Source of the DNA: Octopus sinensis
Lineage: Eukaryota
Direction of reading: 5' to 3'
Length of the DNA stretch: 64,000 nucleotides
Assembly (NCBI RefSeq): GCF_006345805.1
Contig: NC_043020.1
Span: forward strand, 12,586,001 to 12,650,000
In this document: one piece after another, positions 1 through 11,320 of the stretch
How positions within the stretch are numbered: position 1 is the stretch's first letter
Layout of the letters: each line of letters begins with the position of its first letter
The notes under the pieces: model-generated
Told to the model about the DNA's origin: nothing
Database searches by the model: none
The model's input: the letters and a program-made list of their open reading frames with translations, nothing else
Made by a program: the position numbers and the translations under genes

Positions 1-160
1 TCTGTGCACACATATGTGTGTGTTTGTGTGTATGTGATTGTACACACGTATGAATGTGTGTATGTGTGACTGTACACATGTATGAATGTGTAGTGTATAA
101 TTTTAAAAGATACTTCAATTGAGATGAACCAACAAGGAAGATATTCCAAAGGCCCAAAAC

Positions 161-356
161 AGGGCCTATGGAATATCTCCCTATGTCAGTTATGGATGAA
201 CTGTGACCCTCGGTACTTTCGAAATGGTACATCATCATCATCATCATCATCGTCGTTTAGCGTCCGTTGATGATGATGATGATGATGTACCATTTCGAAA
301 GTACCGAGGGTCACAGTTCATCCATAACTGACATAGGGAGATATTCCATAGGCCCT
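161..356. repeat. Perfect inverted repeat (about 88-bp arms: 161-251 and 269-356) around a 17-nt loop
   Basis: agggcctatggaatatctcc...gtac(atc)n is the reverse complement of (gat)n gtac...ggagatattccataggccct. Confidence 0.95.
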
Positions 357-508
357 TACCTTGAATTTTATTTTAATAGTATAGCCAGGCTAATGCTGAT
401 CCATGTCTCATGTAGCCCACTTCTTGAAAAATGTTGCTTGTGCCTGTTCTATGCAGTTACTCAAACCTGCTAGAAATAGTAACCAAATTACCCTCAAACC
501 ACATCCTA

Positions 509-930
509 TCTATTATATAAAATCCATTCTGGCTGTCTGTGTGTGTGTCTTCTAGGATCTTCCATCCGATTGCGCTCAAATTTGATATGTAGATACCGAT
601 AGTATCAGGTCGGGTATAAGTCTTGAAAAAATTACAAAAATCAATTCCAGGTGAGAATGCGATCGATAAAGCCCTTTTTGTCCTGCTTTTCTTCCATCAA
701 CCTGTACATAACTGCACCTTCCATTTTTTGTTGTTTTTGTACTGCTTAAAGGCATGTTTCTTTCCTGCCAAGCTTACTGTTTAAACCATGTTTGTGTTCT
801 CCCAGTCAACAGCCTTATCATTACTGGTACTTTAAACTCTTCGATTGCATATTTGTGTGAATACAATCGTTTTTCTTCGGAATAGAGAAAAAGTCTATCT
901 TTATTTCTTCTTTTGCTGGTGTCTCAAATT
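509..930 (+). mobile_element. Probable Helitron-like 5' fragment (different family from the other Helitrons)
   Basis: a|TCTATTATATAAAA start followed by a (ctgt/gt)n tract; no 3' end seen. Confidence 0.4.
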
Positions 931-1314
931 TAGGCTAAACCAGTGTTTCTCAAAGGAGAGGCCTATGGGACGGTCGGACAAGTTGTTTTGAGAAAATTTG
1001 GTTTAAGTGTTTGACAACTCAGCACCGTCCATTGGACGGGGGGGGGGGGGGGCGTTTTGCTCGTAATCTTATAAGGAGGAAGAACATATTGGATAACATC
1101 ATCCTACATAAACTGTCAATAAAATAAGAAAAGATCGGACAGCTATAATTAGGCAGTCCTAATTAGATGGTCATAATTAGAACACCATTAATTATTAGGT
1201 GTTTGTGATGAGAGAAGATAGAGATAAACTATAAAATCAACATGGAGTCTTTTTTAAAAAAAAACAAAAAGATATTTTGGTGATAAAAATTTAGGATTTG
1301 AGAAAGTGTGTTAC

Positions 1315-1411
1315 CCCAATCATTTAATAATATTTCTGGTATGGAGTTCATTGTGAAGAATGTTGTGCTGTAGGGGTGTTTCCAGTCTTGACAAAACTGT
1401 AAGGCAGATTT
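1315..1411 (-). CDS. GSAP: GSAP exon 24 (97 nt, phase 0-1; KSALQFCQDWKHPYSTTFFTMNSIPEILLNDW); the 3' boundary is uncertain and the frame could read on to the stop at 1229
   Basis: Acceptor cttctattccag|, weaker donor |gtaaca; WKHP resembles the recalled WDHP. Confidence 0.8.
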
Positions 1412-1451
1412 CTGGAATAGAAGACAGGAGAGAGAAATTTTATATATATAT

Positions 1452-1648
1452 ATAAAGGGAAAGTTTACGAAAATAAACAAAAGACGAAGGCAGGTGGAGT
1501 ACAAACAAACAAATGTATTAGTATAGCGCTCAGGAATAGAAAAAGTCTTTTACGTTTCGAGCCTATGCTCTTCGACAGAAAGATACACAGAAAAGAAACA
1601 AGGAGAGAAAAAAATGCGTGTAGGAGCTAACGATCTATCATGGCGTCC
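1452..1648 (-). mobile_element. (TA)n-flanked Penelope-like module containing a minimal hammerhead-like fold at 1546-1583
   Basis: Minus strand reads TCTTT-CTGTCGA-A-GAGC-atag-GCTC-GAAAC-GTA-AAAGA. Confidence 0.55.
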
Positions 1649-1660
1649 TATATATATATA

Positions 1661-2227
1661 TAACAAATGAAAGACAGAAGATGGAATATACAAGAATATA
1701 TTATTAATCACAACAATTGTTTCGATACATCTAGCATTGATTCCTCTTGTGGGACACTCAACAAATGGTTCAGGAGTAACTGGTAGTGCAGACGTATCTC
1801 ATAGGGTGATAACTAAATGAAAAACTCATATATATATATACTATAAGTATCGCCCGGCGTTGCTCGGGTTTGTTAGGGAAATAACTATATAAGCATTTTT
1901 AGAGAGTTATAGCCAAAAAATAGCAAAAAAATGCATTGAAAATGGGAAAAAAATGATGGTAAATTTTTTTTTAAATAGTTGACTCATCGTAGACATTTTT
2001 AGAGAGTTACTTCCCTTATACTTATATAATAGTGAAAAAAATGCATTAAAATGGAAAAAAATGATGGTAATTTTTTTTTAAATCGTAGACTCATCATAGA
2101 CACGTGCTAATACCCAGAAGGGCTCGATATGAATCACGACTATAAGATACCCGCTTTTGGTTACACTGCACCGCAAAATGTGGGAGTAGTTAGGAATCTA
2201 AATCGTAGGACCAGACACACAACTTCA

Positions 2228-2259
<32 letters not shown>

Positions 2260-2438
2260 ACAAATGAAAGACAGAATATGGAATATACAAGAATATATTA
2301 TTAATCACAACAATTGTTTCGATACATCTAGCATTGATTCCTCTTGTGGGACACTCAACAAATGGTTCAGGAGTAACTGGTAGTGCAGACGTATCTCATA
2401 GGGTGATAACTAAATGAAAAAACTCATATATATATATA
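1661..2438. repeat. Direct repeat of about 180 bp (1661-1840 and 2258-2438) flanking a Helitron
   Basis: The copies differ by one substitution and one 1-nt indel; each is bounded by (TA)n. Confidence 0.9.
1841..2232 (-). mobile_element. Non-autonomous Helitron H1
   Basis: Same family as 30294-30691; subterminal CCCGAGCAACGCCGGG hairpin; 5' end merges into (TA)n. Confidence 0.8.
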
Positions 2439-2492
2439 CACACACATATGACGGGCTTCATTCAGTTTCTACCTACCAAATCTACTCGTAAG

Positions 2493-2612
2493 GCTTACGG
2501 CCATATCAAGTTGAAAACACCGGTTCTCGTCTGATCACCGAAGTTAGGCAACATCGAGCCTAGTTAGTACTTAGATGAGTGACCACTTGAGAAACCTAGA
2601 TACTGTAAGCAT
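2493..2612 (+). pseudogene. 5S rRNA pseudogene
   Basis: gcttacggccat...gatcaccgaagtta.gcaac.tcgagcc...agtactt.gatg.gtgacc...ctgtaagc; full length but mutated, with no T-run terminator. Confidence 0.85.
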
Positions 2613-2619
2613 TCTTAGG

Positions 2620-2788
2620 TGTAGGAGTTGGTGTGTGGTGTGTAGCTTGCTTATGAACCACATGGTCCCGGGTTCAGTCCCACTGTGTGGCACCTTGGGC
2701 AAGTGTCTTCTACTATAGCCTCGGGCCGACCAAAGCCTTGTGAGTGGATTTGGTAGACAGAAACTGAAAGAAGCCCGTTGTATATATG

Positions 2789-2825
<37 letters not shown>

Positions 2826-3030
2826 ATATGTTTGTGTGTCTATGTTTGTCCCCCAACATTACTTGACAACTGATGCTGGTGTGTTTACATCCCCATAACT
2901 TAGCAGATCGGCAAAAAGAGACCGATAGAATAAGCACAAAGCTTACAAAGAATAAGTCCTGGAGTCGATTTGCTCGACTAAAGGTGGTGCTCCAACATGG
3001 CCACAGTCAAATGACTGAAACAAGTGAAAG
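2620..3030 (+). mobile_element. SINE family A (tRNA head, CORE-like accttgggcaagtgtc segment, central (TA/TG)n, (AAAGAGT)n tail)
   Basis: Box A/B-like head; more than 20 copies in the window. Confidence 0.85.
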
Positions 3031-3450
3031 AGATATCCTTGTAATTTTGTGTGTGTATATGTGTGTGTGTATGTGTGTGTGTGTGTGTATGTGTATGTGT
3101 GTGTGTGTGTGTGTGTGTATGTGTGTGTGTGTGTATGTGTGTGTGTGTGTATGTGTGTGTGTGTGTGATATGCTCAATATCATTCTGTCTGCCACCATTT
3201 TAGGTTAGAAGTTCTTTCTGTCTTGGAGCCTATTCAAAACAAGTTATTCATTACATCACCCACTGCTTAATGATTTCTACTGCTTAAGTTAATACCTTTG
3301 AGATCTTGGGGTTAATAGCCCGTGCTCTTAATCACCACGCAATAAACTTACAACATTAAAAGTGCAGATTTAATGTTTTTAATTTTCAGAAGGAACTGAA
3401 GACTCCAACAAATGATAAATGGTTGAAAGAACTACGCCATTTGCCCATGG

Positions 3451-3857
3451 GCATATGGCCTAGTGGTTAAGAGTGCAGGCTACTAACCCCGAGATTCCAA
3501 GTTCGATTCCAGGCAGTGACCTGAACGACGACACCACCGCTGCCAACGCCACCACCAATGCTGACGCCACCACCAATGCCGACGACAACGACGCCACTGC
3601 CAATGACAATGAAAAATACCTTAGGAATGAGAACCCAGGTTCGAAATTTCTCCAAGGTAACAGTTGAAGGCTGGAGGGTATATCAGCCGAAACGTTTTAG
3701 CAACAAACAAGGTGAGGACAAATATCGGTCAATTGTAAATAATGAGAACCCAGGTCCGAAATTCCTAAGAAAGGCTGGAGAGTACATCAGCCAAAACGTG
3801 TTAACAACAAACAAGGTGAGGACAAATATCCGTCAAATGTAATTAATGTAAATAATG
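3451..3857 (+). mobile_element. SINE family D: tRNA-like head (3451-3525), decayed triplet linker, hammerhead-bearing tail (3611-3744) and partial second tail (3745-3857)
   Basis: Box A TGGCCTAGTGG, box B GTTCGATTCC; the tail matches 23078-23225 and the head matches 27836-27910 (minus strand). Confidence 0.8.
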
Positions 3858-3859
3858 AA

Positions 3860-4144
3860 GCCAGTGCCGCCTCGACTGGCTTCCGTGCAGGTGGCACGTA
3901 AAATGCACCAATCCGACCGTGGCCGATGCCAGCCTCGCCTGGCTCTAGTGCAGGTGGCACGTAAAAAGCACCCACTACACTCACGGAGTGGTTGGCGTTA
4001 GGAAGGGCATCCAGCTGTAGAAACATTGCCAGATAAGACTGGAGCCTGGTGCAGCCTTCTGGCTTCCCAGATCCCCGGTCGAACCGTCCAACCCATGCCA
4101 GCATGGAGAACGGACGTTAAATGATGATGATGATGATGATGATG
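3860..4144 (+). mobile_element. RTE LINE 3'UTR fragment with (GAT)n tail
   Basis: Matches 27260-27540 of the long RTE copy. Confidence 0.88.
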
Positions 4145-4145
4145 A

Positions 4146-4370
4146 ATGAGCATTCAACTTGATCTGAATTTTGAAGCATTCAAAGCAAGTGACTTTCAGC
4201 ACCGATTTGAAAATACCTGCAATAAGGAAACACCTGAAGATGATATTCAGGAATGGCTTGAAATTGATGATGGTGGTCCTGGTTACCAGGTTCTAACTGG
4301 TAATGAAATCGTAAATAAAGTTGTAGACAGTAAGGCAGGAGAAAAAGAAGAGACACTGAGGAAGAAGTTA
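4146..4370 (+). mobile_element. pogo/Tigger (jerky-like) transposase C-terminal remnant
   Basis: EDDIQEWLEIDDGGPGYQVLTGNEIV resembles the acidic tail of Tigger-type transposases. Confidence 0.55.
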
Positions 4371-4477
4371 CACCAGCATGGCCAACACCAGCATGGCCAA
4401 CACTTTCCAAAATGAGAAACCTCATGAAAATTACCACTGATCACATATGGACATTTTTGGCGCCAGGATTTTTTTCC

Positions 4478-4884
4478 TTACTCTTTACTTTCACTTGTTT
4501 CAGTCATTTGACTGCGGCCATGCTGGAGCACCGCCTTTAGTCGAGCAAATCGACCCCAGGACTTATTCTTTGTAAGCCCAGTACTTATTCTATCGGTCTC
4601 TTTTGCCAAACCGCTAGTTGACAGGGACGTAAACACACCAGCATCGGTTGTCAAGCAATGCTAGGGGGACAAATACAGACACACAAACATATACACACAC
4701 ACTTATATATATATATATACATATATACGACAGGCTTCTTTCAGTTTCCGTCTACCAAATCCACTCACAAGGCATTGGTCGGCCCGGAGCTATAGCAGAA
4801 GACACTTGCCCAAGATGCCACGCAGTGGGAGTGAACCCGGAACCATGTGGTTGGTTAGCAAGCTACTTACCACACAGCCACTCC
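4478..4884 (-). mobile_element. SINE family A
   Basis: Full copy, reverse orientation. Confidence 0.85.
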
Positions 4885-5034
4885 GAACATTTTCAACAGT
4901 TTAAGGGAATCATAATTAAGAAACAATATGAGAGATTGTAACTGATGTTAGAAGCTCTCTTTAAACCTACAACCCTGACCCCCAATCCTATTTCACCCCC
5001 AACAGAATATATGTCACAGCTGCCTATAAACATA

Positions 5035-5500
5035 ATCATCATCATCATCATCATCATAGTTTAACGTCCGCTTTCCATGTTAGCATGGGTTGGACGATTT
5101 GACTGAGGTCTGGTGAACCAGATGGCTGCACCAGGCCCCAATCTGATCTGGCAGAGTTTCTACAGCTGGATGCCCTTCCTAACGCCAATCACTCTGAGAG
5201 TGTAGTGGGTGTTTTTACATTCCACTGGCACGAGGGCCAGTCAGGTGGTACTGGCAGCAGCCATGCTCAAATGGTGTTTTTTATGTGCCACCTGCACAGG
5301 AGCCAGTCCAGTGGCACTGGCAACGACCTCGCTTCGAATGTTTTTCACGTGCCACCAGCACAAGTATTAGTAAGGCGACGCAGGTAACGGTCACGCTCGA
5401 ATGGTGTTTTTTACGTGCCATCGGTACAGAGGCCAGCTTGTTGCACTGGCAACGATCTCACTCTTGTGGTACTCTTAGCGCTCCACTAGCACAGATGCCA
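5035..5500 (-). mobile_element. RTE LINE 3'UTR fragment (about 4 modules)
   Basis: (ATC)n gtttaacgtccg...ggatgcccttcctaacgccaa. Confidence 0.85.
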
Positions 5501-5583
5501 GTCATCATAGATGATACCAGTGCCTCTATTTGTACACATCTCATAAAATGTCTCAAGATAACAATTTCCCTTTCACCACCACC

Positions 5584-6756
5584 TTAACCCTTTCGTTACC
5601 CTATTTCTGTGTTTCTTTCAATTAATTTTAAATCTAACAAAGGATTTAGTAAAATAACTTAGTTATCATTCAGCTAGTGTTAGGAACATAAATTGTGACT
5701 AAGGTTTGGTGGAAGATTTTAATTCAGAACTTTTGAAAACAAGACATTTATAATCAGAGCCAGAGGCAGTTTAGGCCGGGTGGGTATAAAAAGGATTAAA
5801 AATATCATGGTGACTTTAACTCTTTTGTTACCCTATTTCTGTTGAGATGCTCTGTGATTCTTTCAATTAATTTTAAATCTAACGAAGGATTTAGTAAAAT
5901 AACTTAGTCATCTTTCAGCTAGTGTTAGGACCATAAATTGTGACTAAGTGACTGGTGGAAGATTTAAATTCAAAACTTATGAAAACAAGACATTAGTACT
6001 ACAGAGCCAGAGGTGGTTTCAGATGGGTTGGTAACGAAAGGGTTAAGACGGGAAGAACTAGCAGAGGCTTTTGTTACCCTATTTCTGTTGAGATGCTCTG
6101 TGTTCCTTTCAATTAATTTTAAATGTAACAAAGGATTTAGTAAAATAACTTAGTTATCATTCAGCTAGTGTTAAAAACATAAATTGTGACTAAGGTTTGG
6201 TGGAAGATTTTAATTCAAAACTTATGAAAACAAGGCATTTGTACTACAGAGCCAGACACGGTTTCAGGTGGGTTGGTATCAAAATGGTTAAGACGGGAAG
6301 AACTAGCAGTGGCCCAAGGTGTCTTGATACTTATGTATCATTCATTTTTTTCATCTGTTTTAACACTTTCGTTACCATATTTCTGTTGAGAGACTCTGTG
6401 TTTCTTTCAATTAATTTTAAATGTAACAAAGAATTTAATAAAATAACTTAGTTATCATTCAGCTAGTGTTAGGAACATAAATTGTGACAAGGTTTGGTGG
6501 AAGATTTTAATTCAAAACTTTTGAAAACAAGGAACCTTTCTGCTAAGGAAACCAGGAAACTGGCCCTTATGATCCAGGCATGGCCCGAGAAGGAACAAAC
6601 AACAATGCATGTGAGATGCTTATGAAGGTCTATGCAGGATTTATAAGTATCTTGGTATGTCAGGTACATAGGATCTTTACAAGGGTATGTATGTTTGTTG
6701 GGCATTTGATAAGGGGACAGTGCCGGCTTCAGCTGGGTTGGTAACGAAAGGGTTAA
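5584..6756 (+). mobile_element. Cluster of four piggyBac-like MITEs of about 215 bp
   Basis: TTAA-CCCTTTCGTTACC...GGTAACGAAAGGG-TTAA termini; copies at 5584-5799, 5816-6046, 6066-6291 and 6360-6756 (interrupted). Confidence 0.7.
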
Positions 6757-7019
6757 TACAGACTACTATACTTCCACAACAGTTACAGCAATATACTCTT
6801 CAAACACAATCTCAGACAAGCAACTGCAAATTACATATTCCTTCATCCTAATTTCATTATTTCGTATTGTACAGCAATGTATCTTGCGTTAAAGCATTTC
6901 TTTCATATTTTCATTAACAACTATACAAAATGGCTCTTGGTTTATCTTCAGTGGCAAGAGACTTTCAATATTAATGGACAGACATCACCACCACTAAAGA
7001 TAGGGTTTATTGTATCCAT

Positions 7020-7480
7020 CATATATATATATATATACACACACATATATATATATACATATATACACACATATATATATACACACACATATATATATGT
7101 GTGTGTATGTATATATATATATATGTGTATAATAAATAAATACATACACAAATGTATAGTATATACATACATACAGACACATACATAATCTATATACACA
7201 TACACACACAAAGACACATATATAATATATTCATACACACATACACATATATAACATATATACACACACATATATATATATGTACATACACATGCACATA
7301 TAATATACACACACACATATATATAACATACACACACACACACACACACACATATACATATATATATATACACACAGAGACACATGACATATACACACAT
7401 ACACATATGTACACCCACAGCACACACAAACACACAATATATACACCCACCCACACATACATATGTATAGTATATACATA
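7020..7480. repeat. Compound (TA)n/(CA)n microsatellite
   Basis: Direct inspection. Confidence 0.95.
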
Positions 7481-7738
7481 TGTAATTTCATCCTGCAGCA
7501 AAAACAGAATTCATTTGAAAAAAACAAAAAAAAAAAGAGAGAGAGAGAGAGAGAAAGAAAGAAAGAAAGAAGGAAGATTGAAGAGCAGAGTAAGAATGGT
7601 AAGATATGTCAACGTTCAACTTGTGAATGAGCGGAGAGTCTAAGAATCCACTAGAAAACAGGAAAAAGGAAATATAATATTAGTGAAAGCAGATACCCTC
7701 CAGACCACTTTGCCATAGCAAAAGTGGTTGCCAACAAA

Positions 7739-9482
7739 TGTGTGTGTGTGTGTGTGTGTGTGTGTCAGTATGTGTGTGTATGTGTCAGTATGTGTGTGTG
7801 TGTGTGTGTGTCAGTATGTGTGTGTGTGTGTGTGTGAGTATGTGTGTGTGTGTGAGTATGTGTGTGTGTGTGTGAGTATGTGTGTGTGTATGTCAGTGTG
7901 TGTGTGTGTGTAAGTTTGTGTGTGAGTATGTGTGTGTGTGTGTCAGTATGTGTGTGTGTATGTCAGTATGTGAGTATGTCTGTGTGTATGTCAGTATGTG
8001 TATGTCAATGTGTGTGTGTATGTCAGTATGTGTGTGTGTAAGTCAGTATGTGTGTGTATGTCAGTATGTGTGTGTGTGTGGATGTCAGTATGTGTGTGTA
8101 TGTCAGTATGTGTGTGTGTGTGTATGTCAGTATGTGTGTGTGTCAGTATGTGTATGTGTGTGTGTGTGTATGTCAGTATGTGTGTGTGTATGTCAGTATG
8201 TGTGTGTGTATGCCAGTGTGTGTGTGTGTCAGTATGTGTATGTATATCAATGTGTGTGTGTATGTCAGTGTGTGTGTGTATGTCAGTATGTGTGTGTGTG
8301 TATGTCAGTATGTGTGTGTGTATGTCAGTATGTGTGTGTGTATGTCAGTATGTGTGTGTGTATGTCAGTATGTGTGTGTGCATGTGTGTCAGTGTGTGTG
8401 TAAGTCAGTTTGTGTGTACGTATGTCAGTATGTGTGTGTGTATGTCAGTATGTGTGTGTGTATGTCAGTGTGTGTGTATGTGTGTATATCAGTATGTGTG
8501 TGGGTGTATGTCAGTATGTGTGTGCATGTCAGTATGTGTGTGTGTATGTCAGTATGTGTGTGTGTATGTCAGTATGTGTGTGTGTATGTCAGTATGTGTG
8601 TGTGTGTATGTCAGTATGTGTGTGTGTATGTCAGTGTGTGTATGTGTGTATATCAGTATGTGTGTGTGTGTATGTCAGTATGTGTGTGTGTATGTCAGTA
8701 TGTGTGTGTGTGTATGTCAGTATGTGTGTGTGTATGTCAGTATGTGTGTGTATGTCAGTATGTGTGTGTGTATGTCAGTATGTGTGTGTGTATGTCGGTA
8801 TGTGTGTGTGTGTATGTCAGTATGTGTGTGTGCATGTCAGTATGTGTGTGTATGTCAGTATGTGTGTGTATGTCAGTATGTGTGTGTGTAAGTCAGTATG
8901 TGTGTGCGTATGTCAGTATGTGTGTGTGTGTATGTCAGTATGCGTGTGTGTATGTCAGTATGTGTGTGTATGTCAGTATGTGTGCGTGTGTATGTCAGTA
9001 TGTGTGTGTGCATGTGTGTCAGTGTGTGTAAGTCAGTATGTGTGTGCGTATGTCAGTATGTGTGTGTATGTCAGTATGTGTGCGTGTGTGTCAGTATGTG
9101 TGTGTGTATGTCAGTATGTGTGTGTGTATGTCAGTATGTGTGTGTGTGTAAGTCAGTATGTGTGTGTGTGTGTATGTCAGTATGTGTGTGTATGTCAGTG
9201 TGTGTGTATGTCAGTATGTCTGTGTGTATGTCAGTATGTGTGTGTATGTATGTCAGTACGTGTGTGTGTATGTCAGTACGTGTGTGTGTATGTCAGTGTG
9301 TGTGTATGTCAGTATGTGTGTGTGCATGTGTGTCAGTGTGTGTGTAAGTCAGTATGTGTGTGCGTATGTCAGTATGTGCGTGTATGTCAGTATGTGTGGT
9401 ATGTCAGTATGTGTGTGTGTATGTCAGTATGTGTGTGTGTATGTCAGTATGTGTGTGTGTGTCAGTGTGTGTGTGTGTGTTT
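7739..9482. repeat. 1.7-kb (TG)n array punctuated by TATGTCAG
   Basis: Direct inspection. Confidence 0.97.
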
Positions 9483-9941
9483 GTAAAGGAATACAAATTA
9501 TAGATTATGTATTGGCCACTCCAATTTTCGTATCTTAATTAGGCACTTATCAAACCCATGTTGTTTACTCTGTATTAATTCAGATACGTATGTAATGTAA
9601 TGTAGTATATAGGCATAGGAGTGGCTGTGTGGTAAGTAGCTTGCTTACCAACCACATGGTTCCGGGTTCAATCCCACTGCATGGCACCTTGGGCAAGTGT
9701 CTTATACTATAGCCTCGGGCCGACCAATGCCTTGTGACTGGATTTGGTAGACGGAAACTACATGCTGGTGTGTTTATGTCCCTGTTACTTAGCGGTTTGG
9801 AAAAAAGAGACTGATAAAATAAGTACTGGGCTTACAAAAGAATAAGTGCCAGGGTCAAGTTGCTCGATTAAAGGCGGTGCTCCAGCATGGCCACAGTCAA
9901 ATGACTGAAACAAGTAAAAGAGTAAAGAGTAAAGAGTATAT

Positions 9942-10105
9942 AGGCATAGGAGTGGCTGTGTGGTAAGTAGCTTGCTTACCAACCACATGGTTCCGGGTTC
10001 AATCCCACTACGTGGCACCTTGGGCAAGTGTCTTCTACTATAGCCTCGGGCCGACCAAAGCCTTGTGAGTGGATTTGGTAGACGGAAACTGAAAGAAGCC
10101 TGTCG

Positions 10106-10142
<37 letters not shown>

Positions 10143-10350
10143 TTGTTTGTGTCTGTGTTTGTTCCCCTAGCATCGCTTGACAACCGATGCTGGTGTGTTT
10201 ACATCCAAATAACTTAGCGGTTCGGCAAAAGAGACCGATAGAATAAGTACTAGGCTTACAAAGAATAAATCCTGGGGTCGATTTCCTCGACTAAATGCGG
10301 TGCTCCAGTATGGCCACAGTCAAATGACTGAAACAAGTAAAAGAGTAAAA
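9942..10350 (+). mobile_element. SINE family A (preceded by an internally deleted copy at 9614-9937)
   Basis: Matches the other copies. Confidence 0.85.
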
Positions 10351-10351
10351 T

Positions 10352-10394
<43 letters not shown>

Positions 10395-10398
10395 TGTG

Positions 10399-10439
<41 letters not shown>

Positions 10440-10561
10440 ATTATTCAGTTTTATTTGAAGATTTCTTTCCAATAGAGAAAGATCCGGTTTCTAACCTAGA
10501 TCCAAGGCTCCTTCACTGTAATTTCAACAACATCAACAGGATATTATTGTATGTATGTATA

Positions 10562-10788
10562 TACTCTTTTTACTCTTTACTCTTTTACTCTTTTACTTGT
10601 TTCAGTCATTTGACTGCAGCCATGCTGGAGCACCGCCTTTAGTCAAGCAAATCGACCCAGGTACTTATTCTTTGTAAGCTCAGTACTTATTCTATCAGCC
10701 TCTTTTGCCGAACCGCTAAGTTACGGGGACGTAAACACACCAGCATCGGTTGTCAAGCAATGCTAGGGGGACAAACACAGACACACAA

Positions 10789-10819
<31 letters not shown>

Positions 10820-10988
10820 CATATATACGACGGGCTTCTTTCAGTTTCTGTCTACCAAATCCACTCACAAAGGCATTGGTTGGCCCGGAGCTATAGCAGA
10901 TGACACTTGCCCAAGATGCCACGCAGTGGGACTGAACCCGGAACCATGTGGTTGGTAAGCAAGCTACTTACCACACAGCCACTCCTGC
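10562..10988 (-). mobile_element. SINE family A
   Basis: Matches the other copies. Confidence 0.85.
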
Positions 10989-11199
10989 ACCTATGCGCAG
11001 ATTTGTATGTTTTGTTTTATGCATGTCTTCTTGTGCATATAATTGCATGTCTAGACATGCTCATAAATGATAAACTTCTGAAAAATTTTACAGATTTTTA
11101 CAGTTGGATTGGATCTGTAGTCTTCGAATCAGCCTTCTCCTTTCTGGTTTTGAGAAGCCTAATTACCACACAGCTACTTCTACGCCTATTTGGAGCCAA

Positions 11200-11287
11200 T
11201 CTTAGCCCATAGTGTTGGCATAGCTTCCAGTGTATGTAGGTCCCAACTCTGTTGTATCTATGGATATATTCCTTCTTCTTCTTCTTC

Positions 11288-11320
<33 letters not shown>

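Noticed and set aside
3451-3525. SINE heads as functional tRNA genes
   Set aside because: They lack an acceptor stem and terminator and run directly into SINE bodies.
4648-4941. Recurrent MSSNARGTNTD.../YDRLLSVSVYQIHSQG ORFs
   Set aside because: They are antisense translations of SINE A copies.
7728-9538. Long CV/MSV-repeat ORFs
   Set aside because: They are translations of a TG microsatellite.
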